Below are positions 57,417 through 64,000 of a stretch of DNA of 64,000 bases, piece by piece. A model generated the notes under the pieces. That model had not been told where the DNA came from, did no database searches, and saw only the letters and a list, made by a program, of their open reading frames with translations. The position numbers were made by a program, and so were the translations under genes. The stretch comes from Selaginella moellendorffii (lineage: Eukaryota; Plantae; Lycopodiophyta). How positions within the stretch are numbered: the first letter of the stretch is position 1; each line of letters starts with the position of its first letter. The DNA is taken from the NCBI RefSeq assembly GCF_000143415.4, contig NW_003314302.1:868214-932213 (forward strand), given 5' to 3'.

Positions 57417-59699
57417 GAGAAGGTGAGCTCACCATGCACAGTAGTCTACTTGTCTGGCATTTGGATAACACTCTTTAATCTAACCACGTGTGTATCAAAA
57501 ACACTTTTTTTAGTTTCTATACTGTGCTTTGCTGCTCCAGCATGAGGAGGTTGATGCATGGGTTGCTGCCATGGTGTAAAGGCAACAATCCATCCACGAT
57601 CAAAACTGGTGTTGACCACACCTCCACAAGGGCTCCATCAGGGAAATAGTCCAGTGAGCGTGTTTTCAGAGGACATTGTAAGTTGACTCCTAGTTGACAC
57701 AGGTTCTCCTGTTCAAAGTAATCAACTGGCACGGACAAAGAGAACTTGGTAATTGACTCCAGAATCTTTGTATGAGAAATTCTAGTGAGCTCTTGAAGAC
57801 AAGAGACGTAAGGGACACATAGAGCTAAGAAAATACATGCATGACTCACTGTGGGAAGACAAATCTCCTTCAACCTTCAATGAAGTCTTCGACAAGGATT
57901 TCTCAGCTGTATTCAATAATAAGAATCAAAATTCCCAGAATCTAATTTTCTATAAACTGAAAGATAACTTTTATGCCATGGCTTTTTCTCAAGTTTGTCA
58001 ATGTTGCTAATGTCTATTAAGGACTGTAAAATAACAAAGTTTCATTAGTTCCTATACTTCCTAGTTGGGCATATAAACAAACCTATTCTCAGTTAGGACC
58101 ATCTTATTATCATAAATATTAACATTAACATTAATAATCAGTGAGGAACTTGTATGTGACTACTGTCAGCTTCCCACAGTATGCACTTTCAATATGCACT
58201 TGGAGGCAAAGGTAAGTGTTTTCACCTTGATTTGGAATAGAAAAGGTGAAGAAATGAAGGATTTTCAATAAGAAAAATCCTAGAAATCCTAGAGAAAAAT
58301 AATATAGCTTGAGTTAGAAGGACAATATGATTCATTGAGGAACCAAGGAAAGCAAGGGAAAGAACGAGTGTGTAAAAAACAGAGAATAGCTATGGATTGA
58401 TGCTAATGGGGACCTCTAGATCGACTGCAGCATGCAGCTGCCTGCCTCTGCCGGGTTGAGTGTTCTTGTATTTGGAAGAATGAGCTTGGGTTGGAGAGAG
58501 CATTAAGAGGTGTAATAAAAGACTAAAAAGAGAGGAAACACATGGGAAGATAACCATGGAAGAAGTGGGAGGATAGAAGGAGAAGCAAGGAGAGAAAGAA
58601 GGCATGGGTGTGAGAGTAATGGAGTGCGATATAAATAAGCAATGGAAGAACCTTGGATTTTCAATTGTGTTTTTAGCTCACAATGCTTTCTTTTGGAGTC
58701 ATTCTTGGGGTTAACTTGCAGTCAACTTGATCTTGCTTGGAGGGTGCATGAGTGGGCTCACATCTTGTGCTGGAAGATTACATTCGTGGGCTAAGAGTGA
58801 GCGCTGAGCAAGAGAAGCCAAGAATCTTCTCCTGATTTATGTGTGCAAGAGAAAGAGAGGCTTTGGAGAAAGCTGTAGAAAAATTGGAGCAAGTAAAGAG
58901 GAGGAAAACACAAAACCAAGATAAAACAGCTAGACGTTAGAAGAGGCAAGGATCTTTGTCTGGAAAGCAGGAAATTCAGAGCCAATTTCTCTTAGTGAGA
59001 AGAGCACTAGCGTGAAGAATTATTAGTACCAGTCATTAACCCTGTTATCGGTTCCAAATTCAGAGGAAGATAGCCAAGGCTAAGAGTGACTCTGCTCCAC
59101 TTTAATTTTGATTAAATTAGGGCTAATAAACATACTAATCACATATTTAGCTATGCTAGAATCCTTAAATGATTAATGAGGTGCAAGGATAGCACATTGG
59201 TGATTGATTACACTTTCTAGAACTGGCTAAATCCTCTAGCATATCATCCTTAGCCTCTTGAAATATCTATAGAGAATTTACTTGGGATTTATTCCTTGTG
59301 AGCATACCTTTCAACTTGCTAATTTTAATTGATATTATGTTATTGTACTGACTTATTCCAGAATTGGATAATGACCAAATTACTGTGGGGACAACTTGTC
59401 ATTTCTACCATCTTACAAATGCACAATGGTATTGCATCTTTCACATGCACATACTTGAAACCTCCTTCTCTTGTTGGCAAACTTCTCAACTTGAGCCTAA
59501 ACTATTTGCAAATTCCTTTTGTAAATCTAAAGGATTTTATCTAACTTTATAAATAAATCTTTCCAACTTAGATCCCACCAAGGACTTGTCCTAGGATATA
59601 ATTCATATATATAGTAAAGTATAGAGTCATTTTAATTCCATTATGTTAGTTATTTATAAGTTTTTTATTTTAGAATTCTCGGGAGGTCATTGTAGCACA

Positions 59700-60420
59700 T
59701 ATGGTTTCCACCCTCTACTTTATAGTGGTTTACTATAGGATAACCATAAAGCGGAATCTTAACCTTCCATGTGTAACATGCCACATGCCATGTGTCCAAG
59801 GGCAGTGAAGTGAAATTTGAATTTTAGAGCCTTGGATTATTAAATGAAGGGATGGAGCTAAATTCCCGAGCATAGAGCCTAAAAGCAAAGGAAGTAGAGT
59901 ATGGAATAACTCTTAAACATATAGCCTAAGGAGCAAAAGGAAGGGATATAGAGCAATTTGGAACAGTCCTAGAGCATTTAGCATCTTAATGCCAAAATTA
60001 ACATACAAAATAGAGTTAAATAGAGTTCTTATGCTATTTTAATATATTGGTGGTATAACATAAAGATATAGGTCCATCACCAGTTAGCATAGTATAGAAC
60101 TTGAGCTTAGACCCATGTCAAATGCAAAATAAAAATAGACATGTAAGCATGAGTTACACTATGTCTCAAGTTGATCAACCATACCTAACCCCCTATTATA
60201 TATTTGGAACTTAAGAAATACATATTTTAAGACTGTTCCTCAGTCCCAAAAGTTAGTCTCTGGGATAATCATGAAAATTTATTAAATATAAAATGGCATT
60301 AAATTGTAAATTTGGACATAAGAGCAACATCATTGTGTTCAAAACAAGTTTTACATTCCATAGATATGCCAAAATAGCAAATCTAAACACTTTTTATAAA
60401 TAACTAATGGGACCAAACAA
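59700..60420 (-). repeat. AT-shifted reverse copy of the 35430-36370 repeat
   Basis: For example, 60363-60418 is the reverse complement of ~35790-35845 with C>T/G>A decay. Confidence 0.6.
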
Positions 60421-61419
60421 AACCAATACAACAACCAATCTTTGTTGCTAGTAAGAAATTCCTACCACCCACTACATTGTTATAAAAACTATATCTTCTA
60501 GCTTCTAGAATTTATAGAGTCTTCTTAAACTTGAGAAACCCCTTCTTTGATTTAAGAAGGGGTAGATTATTTTGAGAGTAAAAAATAAACCATTTTTATC
60601 ATATTAACCACTTTTTCATTCTGTTTTTGCTCTATTCTCAATTCCTCTTCCTATATCACAAATGGCACCATCTCTTGATTTCAAGTCTATTATTTTGTTG
60701 TATGCATCTTTACTAACTATATGAGATTTTGTGTGGTTGCCAAGGCAAGAATGCCTTTGCAACTATTAACTCTAGGTCCATAAAAGAATTTTCCCTTGGG
60801 ATACATAAGAAATCTTTAGTTACACTTAATGCATGATCTCCACTGCTTCCAAAAATCATCCAAGGGTGAATATTTTTCCAATCCCTCCTATACTTTCTAT
60901 TAGATTTTTTTTAACCTATAATGTTTGATCTTCCTCTTGATTAGCTACAAAGAGTTCCTCCATCAAAGCAGTACCATCCCCCTCATCTTGATCTCCTTCC
61001 ACATTTTTATCTATCCCACAAGCTCTTTTCAAGTTTTATTGCTTCATTTCATAGTCAAGGAGATTTTAGAGTAAAGTTGAAGTGACAACACATCTGTGAA
61101 AGTGGCCTGCCCATATTTAATACAAGAAAGTTCTTAATAGGTATGTATTAGGTATATTCCTATAGATATATTCTAGAATATTAGATTTTTTATGATATTC
61201 TCTAAAAAATCATTGCATGTCAAATGTCATTTATTTATAAATATTTGAATGTCAAGTGACATTAGCCTCTCAAACTATCCATGTCATATGACATTTTTTT
61301 CTGGTCATAACATTCACTTTAATGCCAAAATTATTCCCTAAAGCCATCTAGCTTTTGAATCAATGTTTCTCTTTCTCTTTGGTAGGTAGTTTTATTTCTG
61401 ACACTGTCGCAGATCTGTG

Positions 61420-61800
61420 CAGCATACTACCTCAAAGGATCTCCATATGGATGTCTACAATGTGGCCCAAAAACCACATGGCTTTCATGCCCTTGACATA
61501 TACTAAGTGTCAGAAAGCTGGAATTTCGATCAGTCTCAGAGCCTATTTGAAGCCCTGCATTTGTACTACTTCCACACCTACTGCTCCAGTGTAGGTCCCA
61601 TGGATCATGTAGAAGAACAGCTCAAAGATAAAAACTTTATGGTGTCATGGATCAAAGCTTTATTTTTTTTCTTGGAAGTTCTAATGTTTCGTCTCCTTTA
61701 TTTTCTACACAGGTATACTGTTATGGACCCTTCTGTTCACAGTTTTTAAATGTCCTCCCATTGCAGGCCACTTAAAGGACATATTCTTTAACAGGCTGAT
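61420..61800 (+). pseudogene. Possible hAT transposase relic
   Basis: W..KNHMAFMPLT...SESWNF...FEAL...HT spacing recalls the region after the first catalytic Asp of hAT transposases. It is frameshifted. Confidence 0.3.
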
Positions 61801-62786
61801 TCTCAACAATGTGTCAACGGTTGACCTAGGTTGGGCCTTCAAATTTTATGAAGAAGCTTGAGTTTGAGAAAACAAGATCTTGTTCCTGGTAGCCCTCTTT
61901 TATGGTAGTTTCTCCATTCTTTTGTATATTCAAATCTAAATTGGAATATAAAGCCATTTGTCTTTTAAAATATAAGCATGAAGTTTCTGAAATCTAATTT
62001 GGTCAAGCCTTAATTTAATCTTCAACTGCCACAGAACTATGGGGTTTACATCCTGAGTAAAGGTTTGAGGTTTGAACTTTATCAAGAGTGGTGATCATAA
62101 AAAGATACTCAAAAACTATAGAGAGATAGCAAGTATAAATGACAATAAAATATTATATTATACTAATTATATATATTTGGTAATTATACTTTTTCTGTAA
62201 TTGCTACATTTTTTATTTTAAAACACAACAAATTAATAATTTTTTAATATACTATATTGCATTGTCATACTTATTCCATTTCTCTTAAGTGGGATACCAC
62301 ATATAGGATATTTATAGTTTTTGATACATATTTAATAATTAAACAAGAGTGATTTGATATAAAACAAACTATATAATACAATTTATTGTATCTTATAATG
62401 TACTATATTTTTCATATTTTACTAATATATTATCTTTTTAAACTATTTTATATAAATTTAAAATATACTATTTCCTTGTATATTTTAAAAACAACTTAAA
62501 AAGGTATCGATAATAATCTATGACACAAAGACCAAAAAATTTTAGAATAAGTAATTTTGGAATAAGTATACTTTGTAACATAGTTAGAAGTTAGAATTTT
62601 TTACTTAAGGATGAATATTTCACTATGTCTACTGTGATTTTGTGACTATCTACTTATTATTATTGTAATTCTAAATTTTACATTTTTGGCTTATACATAC
62701 ACATACAAAAAAAATTTAAAAGTATTTGTTAAAGTTTCTAATATATATTATGTTTTGAAAATGTTAATTTAATTAGCATGATAAAG

Positions 62787-63677
62787 TTATGTTAAACAGC
62801 CATTATACTTATCAGTATTTAATGACCACCAAACGTTGTTTGGTGCTTCTGATTTATAAATTACCAAATTACAATCATTTTGTATAGTTAAAAATGTTAT
62901 CAATAAACAATTTGGTTGAAGTATACAATTTGTATTAGTTGACCAGATTTTAACATTTTTTTGAGTATATATAACAAGATTACCATCAATTTGAAGAATA
63001 AGAAAGCAATCTCCATAGTAATCAAGTAAATTTGTAGAACTCCATAAGAAATTCTTTCCTGAATAAAGTGAAAGTATACAATTTGATTCTAATAATAAAA
63101 TATTTTTACGATTTGGTGAAGAAATAAACTGACCTTTATAGAGTTTATTATTTTTTAGTACAGAATTTAAACTTGTTAAACTTATATCACAATTATCACT
63201 AGAATCAGATGGGAAATATAAGGATTGGTTAATCATAAAGTGTCTATAAGGATACCAAAACAATATGCCGTACCATATTTGATATCTTTGAGAAATAATT
63301 TCACAACTAGTTGATTGAGCTTGATTTATATCCATTTCATACATATTTAACAAATATCTAAAACCTTGTCTTAAAACTGTACCACTAGCATGTGTATTTG
63401 AAATCTTCCCAGTAGTGCAATATGGTATAGGTCCATCCATATGATTAAATCCAACTAAAGCAATTCCTCTACCAAAATCAACATAGTTTATATTTTCATA
63501 ATTTTGTGAATAATTAATAGTTGTTGATATTTGAAATATTAGATTTTGAAAACCAGAATTAACAATCATTCCAATCTCATTATTTTGTAATGTGTTATTT
63601 TCTCCCCAATATATTTTATTTTTTTTATAAGCTCCACAAGAACTACTTAAATACAAAAGAAGTACCACTTGAAACAT
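62787..63677 (-). CDS. Secreted protein with an unknown N-terminal domain and a C-terminal bulb-type (GNA-like) mannose-binding lectin domain
   Basis: Signal peptide MFQVVLLLYLSSSCGA. QIDGNLVIY and QNDCNLVIY (QxDxNxVxY) plus degenerate ESNCILSLY. TATATATAA upstream near 63790. Intronless. Confidence 0.85.
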   Translation of the reverse strand: MFQVVLLLYLSSSCGAYKKNKIYWGENNTLQNNEIGMIVNSGFQNLIFQISTTINYSQNYENINYVDFGRGIALVGFNHMDGPIPYCTTGKISNTHASGTVLRQGFRYLLNMYEMDINQAQSTSCEIISQRYQIWYGILFWYPYRHFMINQSLYFPSDSSDNCDISLTSLNSVLKNNKLYKGQFISSPNRKNILLLESNCILSLYSGKNFLWSSTNLLDYYGDCFLILQIDGNLVIYTQKNVKIWSTNTNCILQPNCLLITFLTIQNDCNLVIYKSEAPNNVWWSLNTDKYNGCLT

Positions 63678-63907
63678 TTCACAAATTGTTATAGAAAATG
63701 TATAATATTGTATTTCTTATATAAAACTATGATATTATAAATGTCTAGGATATGAAAATAGGTATGTTAATTGAGGTTTAGACCCTTGCTTATATATAGG
63801 AAAGGATAGACCAGATTCAAGTCTAAATGAATAGTTTATATGCTATGCTACTATAATTAATGTATTACAAAATGTATATAAGTATTAAGTGTATATATCC
63901 CTAATTT

Positions 63908-64000
63908 CAAAACAATATGCCGTACCATATTTGATATCTTTGAGAAATAATTTCACAACTAGTTGATTGAGCTTGATTTATATCCATTTCATATATATTT
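63908..64000 (-). pseudogene. Truncated second copy of the lectin gene, running off the right edge
   Basis: Near-identical to 63256-63347; similarity stops abruptly at 63908, mid-CDS. Confidence 0.85.

Noticed and set aside
57517-59100. Possible gene or element fragments
   Set aside because: Short ORFs with no recognisable motifs or termini; cannot be supported.

Overview
This is eukaryotic land-plant genomic DNA. Very short introns, telo-boxes, an ALDH23-like gene and a Tcn1-like chromovirus suggest a lycophyte such as Selaginella (inference). There is one 100-N gap at 32888-32987. Host genes sit near the ends: the first exon of an INTS8-like gene, a 7-exon patatin, an intronless root-type FNR, a Crinkler-like P-loop NTPase and its decayed paralog, a multi-exon ALDH23-like gene and a secreted bulb-type lectin. 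The middle is a deep transposon nest. A self-priming Tcn1-like chromovirus (10664-25073, TSD GATAA) carries three insertions: a tandem array of 5S-derived Cassandra-like TRIMs, a 7.5-kb rearranged retroelement whose layout fits strand transfer onto the PBS of an antisense Cassandra embedded in its LTR, and a 288-bp MITE. The MITE shares its termini with a 13.3-kb Sola1-like DNA transposon (36677-49998). That transposon encodes an intact 937-aa transposase and a divergent spliced cargo gene with ParB-like, degenerate methyltransferase-like and FCP1-like segments. About 20 copies of a 22-bp palindrome are scattered through it, many inside the cargo gene's tiny introns. All family assignments come from motif recognition by eye; no database search was run.
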